Below, in pieces: positions 31,516-40,722 of a DNA stretch of 64,000 nt. The notes below the pieces were generated by a model, which saw nothing but the letters and a program-made list of their open reading frames with translations, had not been told where the DNA came from and ran no database searches. The translations under genes were made by a program, and so were the position numbers. The stretch lies in contig CP074575.1 in the NCBI GenBank assembly GCA_018394315.1, positions 62,001 to 126,000 on the forward strand, given 5' to 3'. This stretch comes from Mycoplasmatota bacterium. GTDB lineage: Bacteria; Bacillota_I; Bacilli_A; MAG-NZ. Numbering within the stretch: the first letter of the stretch is position 1; each line of letters starts with the position of its first letter.

Positions 31516-34247
31516 TCCATTCTTATAACTGCTTTAAATATACTTTTTAAGTTATTATTAAAATCACTACCGTCGTAAATTTGCTTACTTCTAATGTCAA
31601 AATCTATTCCATCTTCTTCTTCATCATACAAATCAACTTCAATATCTACTTTTGATATAATTTCTTCATTAAAATAGACATGAATAAAAGGTATCTTTTT
31701 AAAATAAACAGCTGGCGAAAACATTGTCTCATAAAAAATTTTCCCTGAAAATTTTTTTTGTTCTAATCTTTCTATAATTTCTAAATGTGTTCTTCTTATT
31801 TTATGTAATCTTGTTATGTCATAAGTGTAATCAACATACAATGAATCTATTTTAAACTTAAGCCCAACAATATCATCAAGCGTTCCAATATAAGGTTCAA
31901 TTTCATATAAAACATTCCCTTTTTTCTCATCAATTATTTTTATCTTATAATTTCTTAATGTTTCAAGTCCTCCAATAATCATTTCTTTGCGTTGTTTTTT
32001 ATAATAAAGTTCCTTTTCTAATTGATCTGACTTATATAATATAACTTTCAAATCATCTTCACCTAAATATCTTTCTACTTTTAAAGAAAGTGAATTTGTA
32101 TCTTCAATATAATTTATTTGGACGTCAGTTGGATCAATTTCCATGTTGTTAATAAATTTCACAGTTTTGACTACTTCATTGTTATCATGAAATTCTAGTA
32201 AATAATTCGAGCTATCATCCATCAGAATTAGTGATGCTCCTATATCAAACTTAAAAGTTACTCCACATTCTTGTCTAATTCCATAAATAGTGTTACTTAC
32301 AACATTATCATTTATATGGTAAATTTTTAATGTTTGAGCCTCTATTCCTGTAATTTCAATTTCCTCATACATTCTAAAATTACCACGCCATAATTCACTA
32401 CCAAAAGGTATCTTCTCACCCATACTGTTTTTATAGAAAGCAATTGGCAAAGTGAATTTTAAAACAAATGGAACATTATGTGACACATAATGTTCAGTAA
32501 ATACATTGTCAAGTTTAGCGTCAATACTGTAGACTCCAAATTCATTACGACTCTTTAAATTAGTTTTTATTATCAAATTATCATTTAATTTATTAGAATT
32601 GTAATCAAAAGACAAACTATCATCATAAACGAACTTTATAGATTTTCTCTCTACATTATCATTACTATATTTTATTTCTATATCTAATATGTTTAATCCT
32701 ATATCTGGCTCTATAGATAGAGTGTTATCACGTTTTTTATTTGTAACTACATTTCTCACTTTACCGTTATGACTAAACATTAGATTTACGATTTGTTTAG
32801 AGTTAGGTATAAAAACTCTTACATTTCCATTGTAGAGTTCAATTTGCGAATTATTTAAATATGCACTAATGTTATCAGGTGATTCAGCAATGATTTTTAT
32901 TTCTTCAAATTCAATCAAATGAATAACTTCATCATCAACTATAACATAATTTGCATCTCCATGAATTTCAGAAAGCTTTGCACATTGATTTATATTTAGC
33001 ATGTATTCTGCATTTTCTATATGTGAGTTTTTACTTGTTAAAATAAATAATTCTTCTTTGTTTTTAAAATTATTTATTAAGTGCTTCCCTTGCTCATCAA
33101 ATATCATATAAGTATTTTTAAAATCATAGTTATGTAATTTATTTAGTTCCACTTCAAATCTCATATCAAGTGGATTCCAATCTACTAAAATCTCAACTGA
33201 GGGCATAACATATCCCAAAATTTCATTATCTATTTCAGGTGCATCATTAACATAAACCAAGTCATCATCACAATATATTTTCACTTTAACAGTTGTAAGG
33301 TCTATATCTTCTGGTAAAATAATTGTTTTAGTACAAAAATAGAGTTGATTAAACTCATATAGCATAAACTCAGGCTTTGCTCTAAAGGTTGACTTTTTTT
33401 TGCTGCTTCTATTTGCTACTAGTTTACTAAATCTTTTTTCTCCGTAATCTAAAAACCATTTCTTTGCTCTCTCATAATAATATTCATTCTTATCACACTC
33501 TTCTTTTGCATCATTTCCCATTACAAAATCAATAGAATTTAATATTTTAATTGAAAAATTAATAACCTCATTTCTATATCTCCTATCCGCCATGACATAC
33601 CTAGTAGAGCTAATTAGTTTATATTTTTGATTTGTTACAGATGATTCTATAACCTCATTATCTGAATCATCGCTAAACACCCCCCTATAAATGGCACTTA
33701 AAAATTCATGTACACTTTCCTTATCTGGTAAGTTTGTGTTAAATGTACCAACATAGACTTCAAGCAATATATTATAAAACTCATTAAGGTATTTTTCAGG
33801 AACTATACAGTGATACAATAAACTGTTTATATATCTTCCACTCTCAATATCTTCGGTTGAAACGTATTGTTTCAATATCTTAATAATAATTGAATAGACT
33901 CTTGCATTAGTTAAATAGTAATAATTATCATACATTTCTTTATATGTATCATGAATATGAGCCCAAAAATTGCCATTATACTCTTCATAACCAATAAGTG
34001 CTAATGATATTAGAATGTAATATTTATCGTCTAAGTAATTTATCCGATTATTGGTTCGTAAAATTGCCTTCATTGACAATTGATGAATATACTCAATAAA
34101 AATATGGTCAGTACTAATATAGTGAAGTTCATTATAAATCAATTGGTGGTTTTGTATTCTCTTTATCATTTCTTCTATTTTTTTATCATAAATTGTTTTT
34201 CTAACATCATCCACAAAGGCCACCCCCTTTACATTAAATTTTACCAT
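31512..34247 (-). CDS. 911-aa hypothetical protein, possible DruH-like partner
   Basis: Long ORF overlapping the helicase start by 4 bp; helical N-terminus, beta-rich remainder; no catalytic motif recognised. Confidence 0.65.
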   Translation of the reverse strand: MVKFNVKGVAFVDDVRKTIYDKKIEEMIKRIQNHQLIYNELHYISTDHIFIEYIHQLSMKAILRTNNRINYLDDKYYILISLALIGYEEYNGNFWAHIHDTYKEMYDNYYYLTNARVYSIIIKILKQYVSTEDIESGRYINSLLYHCIVPEKYLNEFYNILLEVYVGTFNTNLPDKESVHEFLSAIYRGVFSDDSDNEVIESSVTNQKYKLISSTRYVMADRRYRNEVINFSIKILNSIDFVMGNDAKEECDKNEYYYERAKKWFLDYGEKRFSKLVANRSSKKKSTFRAKPEFMLYEFNQLYFCTKTIILPEDIDLTTVKVKIYCDDDLVYVNDAPEIDNEILGYVMPSVEILVDWNPLDMRFEVELNKLHNYDFKNTYMIFDEQGKHLINNFKNKEELFILTSKNSHIENAEYMLNINQCAKLSEIHGDANYVIVDDEVIHLIEFEEIKIIAESPDNISAYLNNSQIELYNGNVRVFIPNSKQIVNLMFSHNGKVRNVVTNKKRDNTLSIEPDIGLNILDIEIKYSNDNVERKSIKFVYDDSLSFDYNSNKLNDNLIIKTNLKSRNEFGVYSIDAKLDNVFTEHYVSHNVPFVLKFTLPIAFYKNSMGEKIPFGSELWRGNFRMYEEIEITGIEAQTLKIYHINDNVVSNTIYGIRQECGVTFKFDIGASLILMDDSSNYLLEFHDNNEVVKTVKFINNMEIDPTDVQINYIEDTNSLSLKVERYLGEDDLKVILYKSDQLEKELYYKKQRKEMIIGGLETLRNYKIKIIDEKKGNVLYEIEPYIGTLDDIVGLKFKIDSLYVDYTYDITRLHKIRRTHLEIIERLEQKKFSGKIFYETMFSPAVYFKKIPFIHVYFNEEIISKVDIEVDLYDEEEDGIDFDIRSKQIYDGSDFNNNLKSIFKAVIRME

Positions 34248-34545
34248 AATTTAACACTTTTCTCAATTTGTCCCAACTAAGTGCATATAATAAAAAACTA
34301 TAACAACCTCACAATTCATCTGTGATTTTTATAGGTTTTTTTTATTAAATAATTACTGCCTAAATGATATTTTTTTTATATTATTTCAAGATGTTAATTA
34401 GTCGAGAATTCTTCAACACAGGAAATTGTATTGTACTGTATAGATAATAACAAAATAATTCAAATCATTAGCTTTATATATAATATAATACGACACCTTT
34501 ACTTTTATCACTTGTGATGTAAATCTGTCGACAAATAAACAAAAC

Positions 34546-34589
34546 CAGGCTTTATGCCTGATTGTGTGCGTCATTAATGGTGCGGGTAA
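34546..34589 (-). repeat. tRNA 3'-end-like fragment (TTACCCGCACCA) plus terminator, copy 1
   Basis: 12-mer 34578-34589 ending in CCA, followed on the minus strand by CAGGC/GCCTG hairpin and U-rich tail. Confidence 0.55.
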
Positions 34590-34717
34590 AACCGAACATT
34601 TCAGTGTGCAGGTAGAATACTTTCACTAATATTGTGTTCTCAAAATTCACTTTAACGCTATCAACAATAAACATTTGGATTATAAGTTAAAAGTAATTTA
34701 TAACTATTAGGAAAATC

Positions 34718-35608
34718 CTATAACAAAGAGTCAATGGAATTTATTATTTCAATTATTTGATGCTCAAATGATGATTTATCCATACTGGTTATTCTACAAA
34801 ATTGATTATTAGTTAGATAAAATGAAAAGGATTTTGGTAAAGTAATATCATCAACTATGACTGGAATAATGATAGTACCATGATTTACTGCTCTATCTAT
34901 TTCTTTCTCTACCCATCTAGATTTTATAGATCTATCCGTAAGTAAGGCCAAAAAACAAGAAGAATAGGAAATTGCATCTTCTATCGATTCTGCATAACTG
35001 CTTCCATATTTAATGTTATCCGGTGCAAACCATGTTCGATAACCATTTTGTTCAAGTACCGATTTAACTTTACGAGCTAATTTCTCATCCTCCGTACAGT
35101 AGCTTATGAATACATATCTTTCATTCTTATTTATATCTTTATCTACTATTGTTATATCTCTAAACAAAAAATCATACACCAAACTATCTAAATTATTAAG
35201 GTTTAAAGAAACATTATCTAAAAGGATTTTTTTTAATTCCTCTCTGTTGTCACAGAAATCACTAGATACTTCGTCTAGTGCGGAATCAGCTAAATCCAAT
35301 AACTCAACACTGTTTTGGTCCGAAACATCTGAGTTTGCAATAACATAACGATAAGCTCCAATGCCTACCATAATTGCATTCTTTATATTTTTGTCATCCC
35401 TAGAATAATAATTAAATATATTCTTACTATATAATTTGAAGTCTTTCGCGTTATTCTTTAGACCATCCATCAACAGAATGGAATTCAATTCCTCCCTAGC
35501 TTCTTTAAATGCCTTCTTAGCGAATCTAAATTTCGTGTCCCACAAAAATTCTACTCTACCTAGTCGATACCCTAGACCAAAAGAGTTTAAGAAACGATTT
35601 TTATCCAT
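34718..35608 (-). CDS. TIR-domain protein (C-terminal TIR, unknown helical N-terminus)
   Basis: YVFISY, WFAP.NI..G, S.WV.KE (catalytic Glu position), IIPV. Confidence 0.85.
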   Translation of the reverse strand: MDKNRFLNSFGLGYRLGRVEFLWDTKFRFAKKAFKEAREELNSILLMDGLKNNAKDFKLYSKNIFNYYSRDDKNIKNAIMVGIGAYRYVIANSDVSDQNSVELLDLADSALDEVSSDFCDNREELKKILLDNVSLNLNNLDSLVYDFLFRDITIVDKDINKNERYVFISYCTEDEKLARKVKSVLEQNGYRTWFAPDNIKYGSSYAESIEDAISYSSCFLALLTDRSIKSRWVEKEIDRAVNHGTIIIPVIVDDITLPKSFSFYLTNNQFCRITSMDKSSFEHQIIEIINSIDSLL

Positions 35609-35752
35609 ACTAAACTCCCCTATCCTTTTTTGAAGTTTCTCACTTTATCCTTTTCTAAAAATATATGCATAATGTTTAGATCCGATTAGATGTTCTATCT
35701 TGACATTGGTATACAATTGAACTAAACTAATCAACTCCAATCAATGAAACTT

Positions 35753-36985
35753 TTATAAAGTGATTGATGGTTTCCTGATATTCTTTAACTGCTTCAAACT
35801 GTTGTTGAATGATTCTAGTTGCCATTTCTCTTCAACTCTTTCTTCAAATTCCAGTTTATACTTTAAATATTTATCCTTATTGCCGATCGCGAAGTAACAG
35901 TTTGAAAGTGTAGCATAAACCCACATTTCGTCAGGTAATTGTTTTATTTCACCACTTACTAAATTGAGCAGATTCTCGATTATGGTATTCCTAACTTTAT
36001 CAGCCTCAATGCTATAATATATTTTCTCTTTCCCATCTGAAATTGAAGACTTTACATCACAACATAAAGCGTAGTTTTCACCATTATAATAATCCACTCG
36101 GATACTAAATCCCTTTTTGTAATAATTAATAGCTAAATCAAGAAACTGATTATCAACCGTCTCATAATATAAATTCTTATGGATTGCTCCTGCTATACCC
36201 ATTGTTTCAGGGTCATTACTGTTTGGTAGTATCTTACTAATTATTGCCTTTGATTCAATTAAAGCAGCAAGAACAGACGGGCTCTCTGACTTGTAGGTAC
36301 ATAGTGCTAACTGTTGAATAAAGTAAGTATCATCGGGTTTTAATTTCAAGGCTTTCTCCCATTCTTTAGATGCCTGAATGAAATTAGACTTTCTTCTATA
36401 TAACATAGCGTTTTCTTTTATTGCATATAATTCATTCTCTTTTTCAGACAAACTTGCTATCAATTTTTCATATTGGTGTTCAGGAATGATTGGTGGACTC
36501 AACTCACTTAGATATTCATAAAGTGGACTATCAATTTCCTTAGCTGTTTCCACCTTTTGTATTAATGCTTCAAGATCCCTTCTACACCTGTCAACTTCCG
36601 AAAATCCTATATCCTTCCCCAAATGCTTATATATAAATGTCCTAGTATGATTGAGGTCAAAAGGAATACGTCCAGATGATTCTTTCATTACGATAGTGGA
36701 AAATGGTCTTAAAGCATGCCTTATACCAAGTTCATAAACAGCGTTTGGATTATAAGTAGAAATATCAGCTATTACTAATTCAGCTCTATATAGAAGCGTG
36801 TACATACTTTTATCAATTATTCCCGAATCATATACTTCATCAGCTCGTATACAGGTATATCCACACTCTTCAACTACGGGCTTTATGATATTTTCGTATG
36901 TTTTGTCCAAATCAAAAGTTTTTCCTGACTCATAATCTGTTTTCTCATGAAAACCCATTATAACGAAACAAATTTTGTTTACCAT
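35753..36985 (-). CDS. Deoxyribohydrolase-like (DRHyd/DUF4071) + TPR protein
   Basis: CFVIMGF, RADE, VIADIST.NPN.VYELG.RHAL, PFD; C-terminal TPR with ETMGIAGAIHK, YYNGENYA. Confidence 0.8.
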   Translation of the reverse strand: MVNKICFVIMGFHEKTDYESGKTFDLDKTYENIIKPVVEECGYTCIRADEVYDSGIIDKSMYTLLYRAELVIADISTYNPNAVYELGIRHALRPFSTIVMKESSGRIPFDLNHTRTFIYKHLGKDIGFSEVDRCRRDLEALIQKVETAKEIDSPLYEYLSELSPPIIPEHQYEKLIASLSEKENELYAIKENAMLYRRKSNFIQASKEWEKALKLKPDDTYFIQQLALCTYKSESPSVLAALIESKAIISKILPNSNDPETMGIAGAIHKNLYYETVDNQFLDLAINYYKKGFSIRVDYYNGENYALCCDVKSSISDGKEKIYYSIEADKVRNTIIENLLNLVSGEIKQLPDEMWVYATLSNCYFAIGNKDKYLKYKLEFEERVEEKWQLESFNNSLKQLKNIRKPSITL

Positions 36986-37584
36986 CAGGAGTTCCTCCTT
37001 CGTAGCGGGGAACTCGTATTATATGTTATTTTTTTCCTTCTCGAGAATGAAATATCAATTAATTCTTTTAATACATTGAAATCTTTTACGATAACATCCC
37101 AATCAACTACTGCAATATCAACATTACTAACGAAATTATCAATTATCCTATTTGGCATATAAGGATAGTTTTTTTCAAACTCACCCTTATTATTGAATCT
37201 TGTCCAATTACCATACTTGTTAATCAATTGCTTTTCTCTTTCTGAAGAGGCTCTTCTAGCTTGTCTAATGGTAGGTAAATTAACACAAACAATTCCTGAT
37301 TGGGGATTCTTATCAGTATTAATCATACTAGCATGGAGTTCCCAGTCTATAAATTTTCTTTTCATCGTGTTTTTTCCTACTAAAAGTATTGTTACAGTAG
37401 TATCACTTAAGAAGTCATCTCTAATAACGCGTCTTATTCTTTCGTCTGGCCATTCATCGGGAATATCACCCTCTTTAACTGACTTGTTTACAAATAAATC
37501 AGAATACTCACTTAATTGATCTAGTTGCTTCTTGTAAAACTCATCATCACTATGAAAGGAAACAAAAGTCTTATGTTTATTCAT
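36985..37584 (-). CDS. ThsB-like TIR protein (DUF1863)
   Basis: HKTFVSFH, IRDDFLSDTTVTILLVG, RKFIDWEL.AS. Confidence 0.85.
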   Translation of the reverse strand: MNKHKTFVSFHSDDEFYKKQLDQLSEYSDLFVNKSVKEGDIPDEWPDERIRRVIRDDFLSDTTVTILLVGKNTMKRKFIDWELHASMINTDKNPQSGIVCVNLPTIRQARRASSEREKQLINKYGNWTRFNNKGEFEKNYPYMPNRIIDNFVSNVDIAVVDWDVIVKDFNVLKELIDISFSRRKKITYNTSSPLRRRNS

Positions 37585-37785
37585 ATAATCCCTCCTACAT
37601 ATTCAAAAATCGAAACAATTTAATAACTCAGAGTATTTTCTCACTGGTTAAGACTTCGTAGAATCAACTCAACAATATTTATAAAACCCATAATCGGTAT
37701 TCTATAATGCATTATAAAGAGAGGATTCCTTAATAAAAGTTAATTCACTTAAATTCTTTAATATTTTGTATTTAGTATTTGTTTA

Positions 37786-38616
37786 TCAACTCAATCTGTC
37801 AAATTGTAGCATAAATAGGAGTGTTATTTCTGGAGTCGAAGCAGGAATACCAGATTCAACCAAAAATTCTGTCCACTCAAGAGTTCTAGGTATTTGTGAA
37901 TAATAGTCTTTTTTATTATTGGCTAAGCTTTTAAGAACACTACTTTTAACATTATCTACATCGTAAATAGAACTTAAATTTTTTAACCCCATTTCTTGAG
38001 TAACATCTTTGATAAAATCTACCCTATCCGATTTAATAGAAATTTCCATAGAAAAATGAAACACTTGTGCAATATTAGCTAATCTTTCTTCCCTGAATCT
38101 CTTCTCTTCGCTAATTATAGAATTGTCGCGGTTGCTTATTAAATTATTTAGCGTCTTTATTTGCTCCTCGTCTGAAGAATTTTCTATCCGATCTTGATAA
38201 TTCTTAATTTCTTCCTTTAAAGAATCAATCTTGTTACTTTCCTGCTCAATCAAAGGATCGTTTTTTTCCCTAAGATACTTCATAATTGCACTTAATACCT
38301 TCTCGTCATCCTCCCCATTCTTAAGAAGAAACACGAATCCTTCTATTCCAACACTATTGCCTACATTTCGTATCCCATTTTGTGAAAGTCTCTTCAGGTA
38401 ATCTTCTCTCTTTGGTTTAATCACCTTATCGACATATTCCTCATAAGAAACGAAGTCATCTTCAAAATAATCAGGAATTCCTCCTCTCGATGACCAATAT
38501 ACATCACTAGTAGGATTCATTTGATTGGCATGATTATCCATTGCAGCTTTATGATGCGAACTGGTCGTATTGTTTACCATACTTTTCATATCGTTTGGTG
38601 AATAGTTTTTTGGCAT
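37786..38616 (-). CDS. Hypothetical protein with N-terminal DNHANQMNP motif and central coiled coil
   Basis: GGGGGT SD; motif DNHANQMNPTSDVYWSSRG. Confidence 0.65.
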   Translation of the reverse strand: MPKNYSPNDMKSMVNNTTSSHHKAAMDNHANQMNPTSDVYWSSRGGIPDYFEDDFVSYEEYVDKVIKPKREDYLKRLSQNGIRNVGNSVGIEGFVFLLKNGEDDEKVLSAIMKYLREKNDPLIEQESNKIDSLKEEIKNYQDRIENSSDEEQIKTLNNLISNRDNSIISEEKRFREERLANIAQVFHFSMEISIKSDRVDFIKDVTQEMGLKNLSSIYDVDNVKSSVLKSLANNKKDYYSQIPRTLEWTEFLVESGIPASTPEITLLFMLQFDRLS

Positions 38617-38710
38617 GATTTACCCCCTTTATATACCAGATTATTTATCTATTCATTAAATAATATTATTACTTCCTCATACTAATGATATCAATATTAC
38701 ATAAAGTTGT

Positions 38711-38992
38711 CTACATAAGAACAATTGAATGTTTAACTTCCCTTCTATTTGCATTCTTAATAACATATGTCAAATAGTTAATTCTAAAAACAGAGCCTAG
38801 GTTAAACCTAAGCTCTATTTCATCTTTATCCGCTTCTACAACAACCATTTCATGCATCAGTTCTCTAATTAGATAACTATTTTCGGATGTTATCATTTGC
38901 TTAAACCAATCAATCTTTGCTTCAACATCTTCCTTTGTTATTTCATTTTGATTCTCAGAACTGGTTTCTAAGGTATATAATTGTATCTTCAA
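38711..38992 (-). pseudogene. Possible large serine recombinase C-terminal tail remnant
   Basis: Coiled coil then LIRELM..VV...D.IELRFN pattern; no catalytic domain. Confidence 0.35.
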
Positions 38993-39105
38993 CTGCTCCT
39001 GTTCGTTATGCGCTTTTGAACATTACAACATTATTTGTAATACTGAACATTGTAATAATTTTAAGTGTAAGAAGTACAATTATTAACCTATTGGTCATGA
39101 AAACA

Positions 39106-40278
39106 TTACTTATATCCTCCTAAAACTGCATATGTTGATGGTGTAGTACAAAGTTTTTCAACATCCTCACCACTATACACAGCAATTCTATTTTCCGTTC
39201 CAAACTTATACAACCTATATAAGAAATATCGTTCACCATATAGTTTGGCAGCATGTAACTCATGTGCGGTTATATAGAATAACGTGTTTTCCTCATATTT
39301 AGTTGTTTTTACTTCTATATATATTTGCATTCCTTCTTCATCGTATGATAATATATCATATCCTAAGCCATCTCCAATATTTTGAGATATCCACTTTGCC
39401 TTTTTACCTATACGAGATAACTTGTTGTTCTCATACTCTAAGACAAAACTCTCACCTGCTTTTCCCAGTTTGCTATCTCTTTTCGCCTTCTTGACGTAAT
39501 CAGTTATAGCTCCCCTCTTACCAATTTGAGGAAAATATTTACTTTTAGACATTTTACCAAAAGCTACATAAGGCACAATATATTTTTCATTATTATTTAA
39601 ATCCCGATATGTTCTCGCAGCATACCAAAAAACATTTTGAGCAAGTAAAAGTAAACCCTCATCATAGTAGTATAAATCACAAGATTTCAACTTTTGCATA
39701 TAATCACTTATAAGTGGATGATTCCATAATACTAGATTATCCCTAATGAGTTGAATCAAAGTCATAACTTTGCCAATTGAACCAACACGTCCCTTGATGA
39801 AAACTATTCCAGTTTCGAGTTCTTCTGAGAATTCTTTCAAGTCAGTGTATTTATAAATTGAGTACTTATTGGGAAATTTCAAAAAGAGCAGGGTGGAGAT
39901 AAATCTAAAATCGCTTCCACCTGTGGTAGAGTAGTCTAAGGAATTTTTAAGTTCTTTTATTGAACTAGAGAAACTTATAATTCTTTCGTTTAGTTCAATG
40001 CTCTCATTAAACAGAATTCTAAACGCCTCTTTGACTTCCTCCTTTTTATGGGATGCAATTTTAATTACTTCATTAATTGGAAAATAATTTCGTGATGCTA
40101 CTAAATTACTAGATTCATTTATAGATTCTTTTAACATATTTACAAAGTCAGAAGAGTCTATATTCCAGTTGTTTTGAAATCTCTCGACTTCTACCCACTT
40201 GTACTTTTCCTGAATCCAATTCTTTTCAAAATTCATCCAGTAATGGTTAACAATTTGCTTTAGTTTCCTCTTATTCAT
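39106..40278 (-). CDS. DUF3883 (PD-(D/E)XK) nuclease-domain protein
   Basis: G..GE..V, GDGLGYDILS, IEVKTT, E...A....Y.LYR at C-terminus. Confidence 0.8.
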   Translation of the reverse strand: MNKRKLKQIVNHYWMNFEKNWIQEKYKWVEVERFQNNWNIDSSDFVNMLKESINESSNLVASRNYFPINEVIKIASHKKEEVKEAFRILFNESIELNERIISFSSSIKELKNSLDYSTTGGSDFRFISTLLFLKFPNKYSIYKYTDLKEFSEELETGIVFIKGRVGSIGKVMTLIQLIRDNLVLWNHPLISDYMQKLKSCDLYYYDEGLLLLAQNVFWYAARTYRDLNNNEKYIVPYVAFGKMSKSKYFPQIGKRGAITDYVKKAKRDSKLGKAGESFVLEYENNKLSRIGKKAKWISQNIGDGLGYDILSYDEEGMQIYIEVKTTKYEENTLFYITAHELHAAKLYGERYFLYRLYKFGTENRIAVYSGEDVEKLCTTPSTYAVLGGYK

Positions 40279-40446
40279 AACCTAGTCTCCTTTGATTATC
40301 AGTTTTAACTATCTCGACATCCAGTGTTAATTATATCACCTTAGCTACAGAGAATGAAACTTCATCATAATCAAAAAGTAATAGGTATGTACCTAAACCT
40401 CTAATGTCATGGTTGGGGAACTTAAGAATGCCAGACCCACGATAAC

Positions 40447-40498
40447 AAAAAAACTGATAGATTTCTCTATCAGTCTGCGCACTAACTGGTGCGGGTAA
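40447..40498 (-). repeat. tRNA 3'-end-like fragment (TTACCCGCACCA) plus terminator, copy 2; island right border
   Basis: Same 12-mer at 40487-40498, followed by ACTGATAG/CTATCAGT hairpin and U-run. Confidence 0.55.
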
Positions 40499-40685
40499 GA
40501 GCAATTCAACTATCACTAGTTATCATAAACACCTGTAAAACCATACTTATTACAATGTCGCTATGTATCTATAAATTCATCGTCTTGTCTAGATCTAAGC
40601 AGCTGCCAATGATAGATCTAGAATATATCATAATCTCGTAATATAACAAAACTTTCGTTAATAGCTTAGTTACGATAATTCTGTT

Positions 40686-40717
40686 AAAAAAACCATGCTG
40701 ACTCATTTGAGTCAGCA
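40686..40717 (-). terminator. Terminator of the mbx operon
   Basis: TGCTGACTCA/TGAGTCAGCA stem then U-run. Confidence 0.75.
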
Positions 40718-40722
40718 CATTA

